From IMG/VR virus record IMGVR_UViG_3300027759_003534, positions 32,001 through 96,000 of that record: a DNA stretch of 64,000 bases; one strand, 5' to 3'. Positions 37,998-46,978 of the stretch are shown here, in pieces. The stretch is from a virus. The first letter of the stretch is position 1. Each line of letters starts with the position of its first letter. The position numbers and the translations under genes are program-made. The notes beneath the pieces are model-generated. The model was not told the DNA's origin, made no database searches, and saw only the letters and a program-made list of their open reading frames with translations.

Positions 37998-38648
37998 TTA
38001 TTTTCCTTCGATCTTGAGACTACGGATCAAACGAACTACTTCGTCTTTGACGTATCTCTGTGCTTTGCCGCTCTTGGCCGGGTCTTTGAACATATCCAAC
38101 AATCTTTGACCGCCTTTGTGATTCAAAAGGCCTTCATAAATTGCTGTGGGATATGCATTTGGAGCACTCGGCTGAGCAACTACATCTACAGTGACTATTT
38201 CAAAGTCACTGACATGTCCATTAGCGTCGTTTACATTACCCGATCCACGACTGCTAACACCTAGTTTAACACCCGAAGTCAACATGGTCTTAACCAGTTC
38301 TCCCATGGGTGTAGGTAGTATCTTTAGTGTGCCCATTCCAGCAGGGCCATCCATCCACATTTTTTCAATCATGTGACTGACACGATCCAAATTGATTTTT
38401 AAATCATCTGGGTGATCAACTTCGCCTAAAACTGAATGACCAGTTTTGATTTGTTCGTTGATGGTGTCTACTGCATTGGCTATTTCACTTACAGGATATA
38501 CTCGCTCGTTTGCGTTTCTAACGCCGCCCTCAATGCAGATACCTTTCAACTTCATGGTTTTCTGACCAGAGCCATCCATGGCTTCCTCAAGCAAGACTTC
38601 CGCCTGTGCTTGAGTGAAGCTTAGATGTTCTTGTAGATATCGAGCCAT
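37998..38648 (-). CDS. gp21: Prohead protease
   Basis: RNANERVYP, LGEVDHP, LGVSSRGSG, DVVAQPSAPNAYP. Confidence 0.95.
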   Translation of the reverse strand: MARYLQEHLSFTQAQAEVLLEEAMDGSGQKTMKLKGICIEGGVRNANERVYPVSEIANAVDTINEQIKTGHSVLGEVDHPDDLKINLDRVSHMIEKMWMDGPAGMGTLKILPTPMGELVKTMLTSGVKLGVSSRGSGNVNDANGHVSDFEIVTVDVVAQPSAPNAYPTAIYEGLLNHKGGQRLLDMFKDPAKSGKAQRYVKDEVVRLIRSLKIEGK

Positions 38649-38656
38649 ATCTGTAA

Positions 38657-39514
38657 TTAAGCCTTAGGAAATGGAGTTTTCGTATTCACACCACTGGCTT
38701 GTGTTGTAACCGGCTTTGGAGCTGCTGACATTTGTTTGTTGCCAGTAGCTGGAGAGTTTTGTACTTTACCAATTAACTCGCCGGTCTTAGGAGCAGGACG
38801 GCCTTGCGCTGTGTCACCGGTCATTTTTACAGGACTAGCTACAGCACCCTTAGCGCCACTGTTGTTGGCGTTTGTGCTTTTGGTGTTGGTACCAGCTGGC
38901 TCTGAAGTTACAGGAGCAGGAGCTTTGGCTAGGTTAATAGCTTCCATCATGCCCATTTCTTCATCACTGAATTCAGCTGTGTCTGTGTCATCCATTTCTA
39001 AAGCGTCGCCGCCGTCAATGTCAGATACACTATCGCCACCTTCACCGCCCATTAGGCTCTCAAATTCAGCCATGAGTTCGTCAAGTTTGTCTTCTAAATC
39101 AACCACGCGGTCTTCAATATCAGCACCGTCGTCATGATCTTTTTCCATGTCATGTGTGAGATCTTCGCCGTCTTCTTCAGCAGCGTCGTCAAATTCAACG
39201 TCAGACTCTTCGTCTTCTTGCATGCCTTGTTCCTCAGCTTCTACGTCGTCAATCAAGTCGTCACTAGCGTCGCCGCCCATGTCTTCGTGCATTTCGTCGT
39301 ATTCAATGTCTTTGGCAACTTTTTTGCCAGCTTTTTCAGCATGGTCGTCGCGGTCAGCGTCAGACTCTTCGTCCAACTCTTCTACTTCTTCGTCCATTAA
39401 ATTTTCATAAATTTCACGGGATTTTTCTACCACGATGTCGTGGAAAAGCTCTTTAGCTTTGGCTTCTTCATCATTGATCACGTATTCGATCAATTGTTCA
39501 AATTTCGATGTCAT
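38657..39514 (-). CDS. Highly acidic prohead core-like protein
   Basis: D/E-rich; position equivalent to T4 gp67/68. Confidence 0.6.
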   Translation of the reverse strand: MTSKFEQLIEYVINDEEAKAKELFHDIVVEKSREIYENLMDEEVEELDEESDADRDDHAEKAGKKVAKDIEYDEMHEDMGGDASDDLIDDVEAEEQGMQEDEESDVEFDDAAEEDGEDLTHDMEKDHDDGADIEDRVVDLEDKLDELMAEFESLMGGEGGDSVSDIDGGDALEMDDTDTAEFSDEEMGMMEAINLAKAPAPVTSEPAGTNTKSTNANNSGAKGAVASPVKMTGDTAQGRPAPKTGELIGKVQNSPATGNKQMSAAPKPVTTQASGVNTKTPFPKA

Positions 39515-39543
39515 AATTTCTCCTTAAGGTATGGCTCGTGAAG

Positions 39544-39549
39544 TATTTA
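39544..39549 (-). promoter_or_regulatory. Late promoter of the head operon
   Basis: AGTAAATA upstream of an AGGAG RBS and ATG 39514. Confidence 0.65.
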
Positions 39550-39616
39550 CTACAGAGCAGTAATACTAGTGTATTATGTGGAGAAAACTGGGTGTTTTTG
39601 ACTGCAAATGTTACAA

Positions 39617-39838
39617 TTACATTGCAGGTGCGGCTGGCGCAGGTGCATACTGCTTTTTGACTTTTTTAAGTTTTTCTTTGAATTCCCAACTTCTAACATC
39701 TTGCATTTGACGCAGTTTGTTTAGCTGGCGCAGAGTTAGTCGTGTTTTACGTAAATTATTCAGTTGAGGTTGGCTGTTATCTTGACTCAAGTCTTGATAT
39801 GCTTCAGGTTCTCGAGAATAAATTTCGTTTAAGATCAT
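39617..39838 (-). CDS. Small basic protein (start moved to MILNE)
   Basis: RKTRLTLRQLNKLRQM; late promoter at 39843-39848. Confidence 0.7.
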   Translation of the reverse strand: MILNEIYSREPEAYQDLSQDNSQPQLNNLRKTRLTLRQLNKLRQMQDVRSWEFKEKLKKVKKQYAPAPAAPAM

Positions 39839-39842
39839 GCTG

Positions 39843-39848
39843 TATTTA
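39843..39848 (-). promoter_or_regulatory. Late promoter
   Basis: AATAAATA 4 nt before ATG 39838. Confidence 0.6.
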
Positions 39849-41678
39849 TTAAATTGATGGAATTGGGGGGGCGCCTGCTGGGGCAGCAGTTCCAGGAGCG
39901 GTGGTTGGGGCACCGGGCATGCCACCTTCGGGTGCTTCGGCTCCTGCTTCGCCGCCGGCTAGTTCTTCTCCGGTGGCAATGTCACTTTCCAATCCGGCGG
40001 GTGTAATACCGATTGAGCGTAGATCTTGCCCTTGTGTGGTGGTTAATTCTGGTTCGTCGCGCTCTTCAGCCCAAAGTGTTTCGTTTTCCACAATCTCTTC
40101 TTCGGTCAAGCCCAGGTAGCGTTTCATCATAAATCGCTTGCTCATGTAGGGCATTTGCTCCAGCTGTGTAAATGATGCAATACGGCTGGTATCCAGCTCG
40201 CTTTGACGATAGCTGGCAAAATTTTGTGGCTCGCACAGGCTGACTGAGAACAGTCCTGCGTCAATATTAAAGCCTCTCCAGCGCAGGAACATCTTGAATT
40301 CATCATCTAATTTTTGCATGATTAGCCGTTGTAGGCGCATGCAATACTGGTTAAAGCGGTATTCTTGGATTAGTGCTGTGCCTACTTTGCCGTCATTCAT
40401 GGCACGGTCTGAATCGTCTGGACCTGTGGGCAAATAACTGCTTGGAACACGCAGACCGCGGGCCATTTTGTTGTTGAAGTATTTTAAATCGTCAATTTCG
40501 CCTAGGTTTGAGCCGCCCGGTAGGGTAGTAACATCTGACCCACGACCTTCAGCGGTAACTGGAAAAAAGAAGTCTTCGTTGATGCTGAGTGGGTTATAAC
40601 TAGCATCCATCATGTTGGCGCCACCACCGGTATTAGTAGGAATACGCCGCTGATGCATTTCGTTTTTGACACGTTCTACAAACTGCATGGCCATATGACT
40701 GGGCATGTTGCCCACGTCAATTTTGAATATTCTGCGCTCTGGAGCACGTTGTACACGATAGATCAGCACTGAATCTTCTAACAATTCTTTTTGTTTGTAA
40801 ACTTTAAATATATTTTCTAGGATACTTTGTCCAAATGGCCAGAAAAAATCAAGCCCTTCGTTCAGTCCAATATGCACTACGTGACGTGCATCAATACAGG
40901 TTTCATTCATGGCCTGCGTAAATCTGCTGTTGCCAACCCCACCGTTGCCGGTGCCGCCACCTGCACCACCACCGCCTGGTGAAGTATAGTTGTTGGTAGT
41001 GCTACCACCGCCCATGGCACGGCTTACATAATAGTCTGATGTGGTTTTTTGAGCTACACTCATGTTTTGGAAGTTGGGATTGATGTCACGAATAATGTAC
41101 TGCTCAGGACGTTTGCCTTCGCTTTCGTTTACAATAACACGGGCCACTTTGACCATGTCTACCCACATCATTTCAAAGGTTTCTGGGTCACGCACAAACA
41201 CCTGATCACCGTACTTGATGGTGTTGCGGAACAGTTTAAAAATTCGTTGATCCAGCTTGTTTAATTTGGTCCACTGCTGTAGTTGCTTTTTGATAATTTC
41301 CACTTCGTGATCTGTGGGCTTGTCTGTAAAATTGATATCAAACGGTGTTTTGTTGTCGTCGTTGATCTGTGTTGAAAACTCAGCAATGATGTCTAAACAG
41401 GCATTAACTTCACTGTCCATGTCCATGTTTTCGTATTGATTATAGCGTTCAATACGGTTGGGATGTCCAGAATATACTTCGGGTAATCTGCTGGCATAGT
41501 TGCGGAAGGCAAAGTCATTGGGTGTGCCACCGGCGCCGTATCCGTCGCCTGTTTGTCTAGGATAGCCGTCAAGTCCAAATTGATTTTGCCCTGATATTGG
41601 ACTGAGTTGGCCACCAGCACTGGCCACTTTGAAATACTTTTTCCAACCGCGTTTACGGTTATTATCGTTATCTGCCAT
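39849..41678 (-). CDS. gp20: Portal vertex protein
   Basis: YENMDMDSEVNACLDII, LEDSVLIYRVQRAPERRIFKIDVGNMP, EDFFFP, LKYFNNKMARGLRVP. Confidence 0.97.
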   Translation of the reverse strand: MADNDNNRKRGWKKYFKVASAGGQLSPISGQNQFGLDGYPRQTGDGYGAGGTPNDFAFRNYASRLPEVYSGHPNRIERYNQYENMDMDSEVNACLDIIAEFSTQINDDNKTPFDINFTDKPTDHEVEIIKKQLQQWTKLNKLDQRIFKLFRNTIKYGDQVFVRDPETFEMMWVDMVKVARVIVNESEGKRPEQYIIRDINPNFQNMSVAQKTTSDYYVSRAMGGGSTTNNYTSPGGGGAGGGTGNGGVGNSRFTQAMNETCIDARHVVHIGLNEGLDFFWPFGQSILENIFKVYKQKELLEDSVLIYRVQRAPERRIFKIDVGNMPSHMAMQFVERVKNEMHQRRIPTNTGGGANMMDASYNPLSINEDFFFPVTAEGRGSDVTTLPGGSNLGEIDDLKYFNNKMARGLRVPSSYLPTGPDDSDRAMNDGKVGTALIQEYRFNQYCMRLQRLIMQKLDDEFKMFLRWRGFNIDAGLFSVSLCEPQNFASYRQSELDTSRIASFTQLEQMPYMSKRFMMKRYLGLTEEEIVENETLWAEERDEPELTTTQGQDLRSIGITPAGLESDIATGEELAGGEAGAEAPEGGMPGAPTTAPGTAAPAGAPPIPSI

Positions 41679-41685
41679 AGTGTTA

Positions 41686-41691
41686 TATTTA
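41686..41691 (-). promoter_or_regulatory. Late promoter
   Basis: GATAAATA 7 nt before the portal ATG. Confidence 0.65.
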
Positions 41692-41698
41692 TCGTGAC

Positions 41699-43918
41699 CT
41701 AGCTGGCGTACTGCATTATTTTTGTACTGACGTCTAATTGATTTTTCATTACCGAAACCATTTCCTCTAGTTTTTCTAGTTGGGCGGCCATAAGACCTGT
41801 GCTCTCGCCACTGCCCAAGCCCATGCTTTGGGCTGCTGGACTGTTTAGCGGAACAATTGCTTCGGTACCGTGCATGGTTAAATTGGGACGATATCCGCCT
41901 GTTGGTCCACTTAATATAGCACCATTGGCTGCAGATACTTCTGCGTGAATATGTCCACCAGTACCGCCAGGACTTAGAGTAGCATATTCATCCTGAGCAT
42001 ATGATGCACCCATTTGCTGTAACATGCTAACAATACTAGCACCTTCTTCTCTAGATGGAGTTTTTCCTAAAGCAAAATCTAATGCCAGTCCCTTAACATG
42101 GTTACTTCCACCTTTTTTATCTTGATGGTATTGATCATTGAAACCAGAAAAATATGCAAACCCTGGAACACTTGCTTGAATTTGTTGGGCTAACTCAATT
42201 AGGTTTGTGCTAATCCCGCTGTCTCCGGCTTGAACATCACCTTTTTTAATTTTAAGGCCCATGCTTGCTAAATCGGCCTGGGTAGTTGGTACTACGGGTG
42301 CGGTTGCGCCGCCAGCTCCGCTAGCACCACGTTTAGGTGGTACTACACCAGGTCGACCTTGTTTTTCTAAATATTCCGATTCGTTATCAACCCGTTGTCC
42401 TTGTAGGAAATTTTTACCAGTGGTACTTACTACCCCCACTGCTTTTTCTAAACCGCGGGCAAGACTACTTTGGAATTTTTCCCCTGTGGTCATTTGTTTC
42501 CAGTTAGCTGCGTCTTGCTCTTCGGTATCTACATCTTGGCGGCCCATTTCTTTGTTAACCCATTTGATCATGTCTAACATAGTGTCAGTCATTTTTTTGG
42601 TAGCATAAGCGGCCTGTGGCATCAGTTTGATTGCCATCTTGCTAAATTCAATATTCATTTTTTCAAGATTTTGCTGGGCCTCAACCGTGGCCTTTGTTAG
42701 ATCGTCTGTTTTCTTAACTTGTGTAGCTTGTGTTGTTGCAGCTTTTTCGTAGGCACCTTCATTTTTGGCATTGATTGCATCCATCACACCGGCGGCTTTT
42801 AAATACACACCCGGAGCATCGCCTACTTGTCCTGCTGTTTCTAACTGTGCTTTACTATGGCGCTCCATAGCACCAACCAATTCATTCTGTGCTTGATCTT
42901 GATCAATCATGCCAGCTTTAAGTCGTGCCATAATGTCGCTTGCAGCACCACCAGTACTGCCCAGCAGTTTAATCGATGCATCTGTATCAGCTACGCCTGA
43001 TGATAGATCTCTGACTCCCTGTCCCATTTCTGCGTCAAACGACGACATGCGAGTTTGCAAGGTCATCATTGCTTTGGCGCCGCGAATTCGATCTTCGTCG
43101 CCACTTCGCATTGCTAATTCATAGTTGGCGCGGAATTTGCTTTCGCTTAAGGCAGCATCTTGTTGTTTTTGAATTGCGTCTCTGCTGAGACCGGTTACTT
43201 TGCTCAACAAGTCTAATTCCATTGCATACTGTTTAGATCCAGCAGTTAGCTGGTCTGTAGACATAGACTGTGCTTTGCCTAGTCTTGTTTGTTGTGTTAC
43301 AAAAGCAGCAGTTGTGGAAGAAATATCTTCGGCACTCATGCCTATCTTACGTAAGTCAGTATCTTGTTTTTGTGTTAGATTGCCAACTATTTGGCTGAAC
43401 TCTTCTGCGCCGTCGCCGGCTGTGCCGCTAAAACGTGCTAATGCTACAGAGTTTTGAGTAACAACTTTTTGAAATTGTTGTAAATTTAAACCAGCGGTAG
43501 TAAACTGACGAGATAAGCCTGTCATGCCGTCGGCAACAAGAGCTCCTGTTGCTGACATGGCGTTGAATGTTTTGGCTGTTGCGTCCAGTTGGTTAACTAC
43601 TAGTTTAGCGCCTTCAGCAACTGCCTTGGTTGCTGCTGACAGGGCTTCGCCAAATACCGGAACTGTTTTTGCCAAACCGCTAACAGCATTTGCAGCTACG
43701 TCAACTACTGTGTTCATGCTGCTAAGGCTAGTGTTTCCCTTAGTAATTTCGTTAACAAACCCACCCATGCCTTTGGCTATGTCAAGCGGTAGTCCTTTAG
43801 CTGTTTTCTTAAATGCATCAAGCCCTACAGTAGCATCTTTAGTAGCCGCAGTGATTCCTTGCATTGCATTGCGGTAGTCTTCTGCCATCTGCTGTAGTTC
43901 TTGATTTTCTAAAGCCAT
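41699..43918 (-). CDS. Tape-measure-like protein with a C-terminal M15/Hedgehog-type zinc peptidase motif
   Basis: Long Ala/Gln-rich helical region; NHVKGLALDF (H-x6-D) and GGHIHAE; C-terminal LTMHGTEAIVPL. Confidence 0.7.
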   Translation of the reverse strand: MALENQELQQMAEDYRNAMQGITAATKDATVGLDAFKKTAKGLPLDIAKGMGGFVNEITKGNTSLSSMNTVVDVAANAVSGLAKTVPVFGEALSAATKAVAEGAKLVVNQLDATAKTFNAMSATGALVADGMTGLSRQFTTAGLNLQQFQKVVTQNSVALARFSGTAGDGAEEFSQIVGNLTQKQDTDLRKIGMSAEDISSTTAAFVTQQTRLGKAQSMSTDQLTAGSKQYAMELDLLSKVTGLSRDAIQKQQDAALSESKFRANYELAMRSGDEDRIRGAKAMMTLQTRMSSFDAEMGQGVRDLSSGVADTDASIKLLGSTGGAASDIMARLKAGMIDQDQAQNELVGAMERHSKAQLETAGQVGDAPGVYLKAAGVMDAINAKNEGAYEKAATTQATQVKKTDDLTKATVEAQQNLEKMNIEFSKMAIKLMPQAAYATKKMTDTMLDMIKWVNKEMGRQDVDTEEQDAANWKQMTTGEKFQSSLARGLEKAVGVVSTTGKNFLQGQRVDNESEYLEKQGRPGVVPPKRGASGAGGATAPVVPTTQADLASMGLKIKKGDVQAGDSGISTNLIELAQQIQASVPGFAYFSGFNDQYHQDKKGGSNHVKGLALDFALGKTPSREEGASIVSMLQQMGASYAQDEYATLSPGGTGGHIHAEVSAANGAILSGPTGGYRPNLTMHGTEAIVPLNSPAAQSMGLGSGESTGLMAAQLEKLEEMVSVMKNQLDVSTKIMQYAS

Positions 43919-43932
43919 ACGTTTTTATCCAA

Positions 43933-43950
43933 TAAGTAATGTTATATTTA
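43933..43950. promoter_or_regulatory. Face-to-face late promoters: TAAGTA (+, 43933-43938) and TAAATA (-, 43945-43950)
   Basis: Within the 44-nt gap between divergent genes. Confidence 0.55.
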
Positions 43951-43962
43951 TGGTGGACAAAA

Positions 43963-44805
43963 ATGACCCAAACTAACAACCCTTTACGTCGATATTTTCG
44001 ACAACCAGTGATTCATGTGCGTTTGCCCAGTGGCGGAAAATACTACCCCGCAGGCGCACTGGAACTGCCTCCCAACGGCGAAATACCAATTTTGCCAATG
44101 ACTGCTATTGACGAAATTACTAGTAGAACACCCGATGCATTGTTTAACGGGTCAGCTGTTATAGATATCATTGGAAGTTGTGTGCCGGCCGTTCGAGATC
44201 CGTGGCAAATGCCCATGGTTGACTTTAATACCTTGCTGGTGTCTGTACGATTGGCCAGCTACGGGCACGAAATGGAAATCGGTAGTACCTGCCCAAAATG
44301 CGGCCATATTCATGCACTAACTATAGACTTGCGAACTGTGCTTGATAATCTTGGCAGTCCCAATTACGACGAGTCTGTTAGCGCTGGCGATTTGACAGTG
44401 TACTTTACACCGTTAACCTATCGTCAGGTCAATGCCGTTAGCAGGACCAACTTTGAAGATCAAAAACTTGTACAGGCTGTGAATAGTGCTGAATTATCTG
44501 AAGAAGAAAAGTTGATAAAATTGGGCGACGCTTTTAGAAAAATAACCGAACTTACTATTCAATCAATAGCCGAGTCAATTGCAGTAATTAAAACCGCAGA
44601 TGCTATGGTCACCGATAAACCTAGCATATTAGAGTTTTTGCAAAATTGCCCAAAGCATGTATTTGATCAAATACGCGATCATACTGTTAAACTTCGAGAA
44701 GCAACTGATCTAACTCCAGTTAGTGTGACCTGTGAGGAATGTTCCGAACCATACAAACAGTCGTTTACACTAGATATGTCTAATTTTTTCGGGAACGCCT
44801 CCTAG
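43963..44805 (+). CDS. gp26: Baseplate hub assembly/tail chaperone protein (gp26-like; start moved to MTQTNN)
   Basis: VRLPSGGKYY, ILPMTAIDE, DFNTLLVSVRLASYG, CPKC, CEEC, ends ..SNFF. Confidence 0.8.
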   Translation: MTQTNNPLRRYFRQPVIHVRLPSGGKYYPAGALELPPNGEIPILPMTAIDEITSRTPDALFNGSAVIDIIGSCVPAVRDPWQMPMVDFNTLLVSVRLASYGHEMEIGSTCPKCGHIHALTIDLRTVLDNLGSPNYDESVSAGDLTVYFTPLTYRQVNAVSRTNFEDQKLVQAVNSAELSEEEKLIKLGDAFRKITELTIQSIAESIAVIKTADAMVTDKPSILEFLQNCPKHVFDQIRDHTVKLREATDLTPVSVTCEECSEPYKQSFTLDMSNFFGNAS

Positions 44806-45020
44806 TACTAGACTCTGATAGCATCTCCAACATGGTTGATGCTATGGAAAAAGAAACACGCGACATTCGGCTTGATGTTTTAAAATTGTGTTGGTATATG
44901 AGAGGCGGTGTAACATATGAAGAAGCCATGCAGATGAGTCAGCAAGAGCGTGGCATTATCAACGATATTGTCAAAGACAATTACGAAACAACTAAGAAAT
45001 CCGGAATGCCGCACTTTTAA
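44784..45020 (+). CDS. gp51/GT-like ORF, probably a -1 frameshift extension of the gp26-like gene (in-frame ATG at 44832)
   Basis: The -1 frame opens exactly at T-TTT-TTC (44784-44790), right after TAA 44781-44783, and runs to 45020. Confidence 0.7.
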   Translation, partial: FFRERLLVLDSDSISNMVDAMEKETRDIRLDVLKLCWYMRGGVTYEEAMQMSQQERGIINDIVKDNYETTKKSGMPHF

Positions 45021-45529
45021 TGTTAAAATTAGACACAGTACAATACGAAATAGAACGCTGGATAGAAACGTTTGTAGAGGTTCCGCACCCAGCCCTAGGA
45101 GGCTGGGCTCCGTGTCCGTATGCTAGAAAAGCCAGACTAGACAGAGACTTCGAGGTTAGACTAGGGTTAGCACCCCTGCACGACTTGATTAAAATTAGTA
45201 AAAACGGATTGGGCGGCAAGAGTGTTGTTGTCATTGTCTACGATCCTAAACATTTTACATATGAGTCTTTTAGTAAGGATTTAGAAACTGCCAATAAAGA
45301 ATTTTTATTACCAAATAATTTATTGGTTTTAGAGGATCACCCGGGTGATCCAGAAATTGTCAACGGTGTTAGTATGAATCAAGGAACCTACGCACTAGCA
45401 TTAGTGCAGAGTCTCAGCGACTTAAATGAAAAAGCCCAACTTGTTGCCAAGAAGGGCTTTTATGACACATGGCCAGAAGAGTACTTAACCGCCTTGTTTA
45501 GACATCGTAAAGATCCGCGACAGATTTAA
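45020..45529 (+). CDS. DUF1415-like protein
   Basis: WIETFVEV.....GWAPCPYARKA motif; LEDHP. Confidence 0.55.
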   Translation: MLKLDTVQYEIERWIETFVEVPHPALGGWAPCPYARKARLDRDFEVRLGLAPLHDLIKISKNGLGGKSVVVIVYDPKHFTYESFSKDLETANKEFLLPNNLLVLEDHPGDPEIVNGVSMNQGTYALALVQSLSDLNEKAQLVAKKGFYDTWPEEYLTALFRHRKDPRQI

Positions 45530-46175
45530 TCTTGCTGTCGCGTCGACATAGTTGGCGATATTGTTCTGCATTAGCTGTCCACTCTACTCCGTCCCACCAC
45601 TCAAATCCTTGTATGTCGGCCTTGTACAAACTGCTGCGCTCGTATCCGGGTCCTAGATAAACAAATTCATACCCGGCTTGTTTAGCCCAGGCAATTTCGT
45701 GTTCTAAACTGCAACTGCCCAATCTGCTAGAAGGTACGCTATAGTCCCATACAAACAATGCTGTTTCGATTGACCTCGGCGTGTAGTGTCTGAGTTTGGC
45801 CCAAGCTACCATTTCGTTGCTATCGTTGTAGTAGGCCATAAACTGATCAAACGGCAAGTGCTCGCCTACTTCAAAATATTTTTTAAACTTTTTGTAGTAG
45901 CAATAGGCAGTATAGATATGATCCATTTCTGCCACGGGCAGGGGTTTGCTCATTATATGTGCTGATTGGATTAATGCATAGTTGGTGTCGGTAGTACGCA
46001 CACGACAGCTACGGCTTTGATACCAGTGTGCCTGGCCTCGATCTACTGTGAGTAGGAATCCCATGGCCAGTGCTGTATCGTATTCCTCTGGAGAAACATC
46101 AACTAGACTGCACCCAAAGTGAAAACATTCGCCTTGTTCCTGGTGACCAAAATTATGACTGAACTGAATTTTCAT
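45498..46175 (-). CDS. Arginyl/leucyl-tRNA-protein transferase-like (ATE/Bpt, GNAT-related fold; start moved to MKIQF)
   Basis: LAMGF, WYQSRSCRV, SRLGSCSLEHEIAWAKQAGYEFVYLG.GY...YK....FEW resemble the ATE C-terminal domain. Confidence 0.7.
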   Translation of the reverse strand: MKIQFSHNFGHQEQGECFHFGCSLVDVSPEEYDTALAMGFLLTVDRGQAHWYQSRSCRVRTTDTNYALIQSAHIMSKPLPVAEMDHIYTAYCYYKKFKKYFEVGEHLPFDQFMAYYNDSNEMVAWAKLRHYTPRSIETALFVWDYSVPSSRLGSCSLEHEIAWAKQAGYEFVYLGPGYERSSLYKADIQGFEWWDGVEWTANAEQYRQLCRRDSKIKSVADLYDV

Positions 46176-46213
46176 ATAATTATGTATGTACTTTACCACT
46201 CAAGGAAAAAATA

Positions 46214-46549
46214 ATGGCAGACTTATACACAATATGGGCAAACAAAGAAGGCGACATTAGCGACATTGATTTTGTAAACAACATGAAGGGTTTTTTGCAA
46301 CATCTTGTAGACGAAGATAAAATGATATCATTTAGAATTACTCGATGCAAGATGGGTTTTCGCAGTGTAGCAGACATGCCCGAATGGTTTATTATTATGG
46401 AATTTAAGGATATGGCACAGATTGATGAAGCATTCCATCGTGTTGCTCCACTAAAGGGCGAACTCGAAGACAAACATCGTAGCTTTAATCAATTTGTTGC
46501 AGGAGACATTCAACATGCACTTTGGCGAGATTATCCTGATACATTCTAA
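46214..46549 (+). CDS. DUF6614-like dimeric alpha/beta-barrel protein
   Basis: LYTIW, FRITRCKMGF, FIIMEFKDMAQIDEAF; AAGGA RBS. Confidence 0.55.
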   Translation: MADLYTIWANKEGDISDIDFVNNMKGFLQHLVDEDKMISFRITRCKMGFRSVADMPEWFIIMEFKDMAQIDEAFHRVAPLKGELEDKHRSFNQFVAGDIQHALWRDYPDTF

Positions 46550-46556
46550 GTGGTAC

Positions 46557-46978
46557 TAAAAGATTAGCTACGCTAATCTGTGTCTTTCGCTTTAGCTCAG
46601 ACACATTGTTTCTTCTTACGCATTATCCAGATTATGTGGTCACAATTCACCGTATGCACGGTGAATTGACTCTTTTCACATTATCCGAGTGACAGCAGTC
46701 ATTTATTATAAAGAGATTGTATGTACCACCATACACGGAGGCGGTTGACCGGTACCCCCTACTCTAGCTTCACAAATCAACGGAACCCTAGTGACCCGAT
46801 AACAAATCCAAGTCCTACGAGCATGAGTTGTATCTTTTTCTACAGAGCTCAAACCATTTGTTGCCTTAAGTTAGCAATTGCCTTTCGCACACAAGATTAT
46901 CCGGACCGGGTATCTCACCGTTCCTCCTTGCAAGTCTAGCATCCTAGACCAAACATAGCGGATTGTTGCCTATCTGGT
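46557..46978 (-). ncRNA. Candidate large structured non-coding RNA (~420 nt)
   Basis: Longest intergenic gap in the window, with many perfect hairpins and a long-range pairing (see findings). Confidence 0.65.
46558..46579 (-). terminator. Terminator closing the nuclease/ncRNA unit
   Basis: AGATTAGC-GTA-GCTAATCT-TTT. Confidence 0.6.

Noticed and set aside
3132-43918. Neck protein and tape measure share the N-terminus MALENQ (17/18 nt identical at 3132-3149 and 43901-43918)
   Set aside because: Only six residues including the start codon; similarity stops immediately and chance cannot be excluded.
46721-46939. 72-aa plus-strand ORF in the long intergenic region
   Set aside because: No RBS and no recognisable motif; the region is better explained by RNA structure on the minus strand.
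46557-46978. Identification of the structured region as tmRNA, RNase P, or a group I/II intron
   Set aside because: I found no GGGGC..UCCACCA tmRNA ends, no GAGGAAAGUCC P4 motif, no group I P7 signature and no domain V hairpin, and no interrupted gene flanks it. This needs Infernal to be final.
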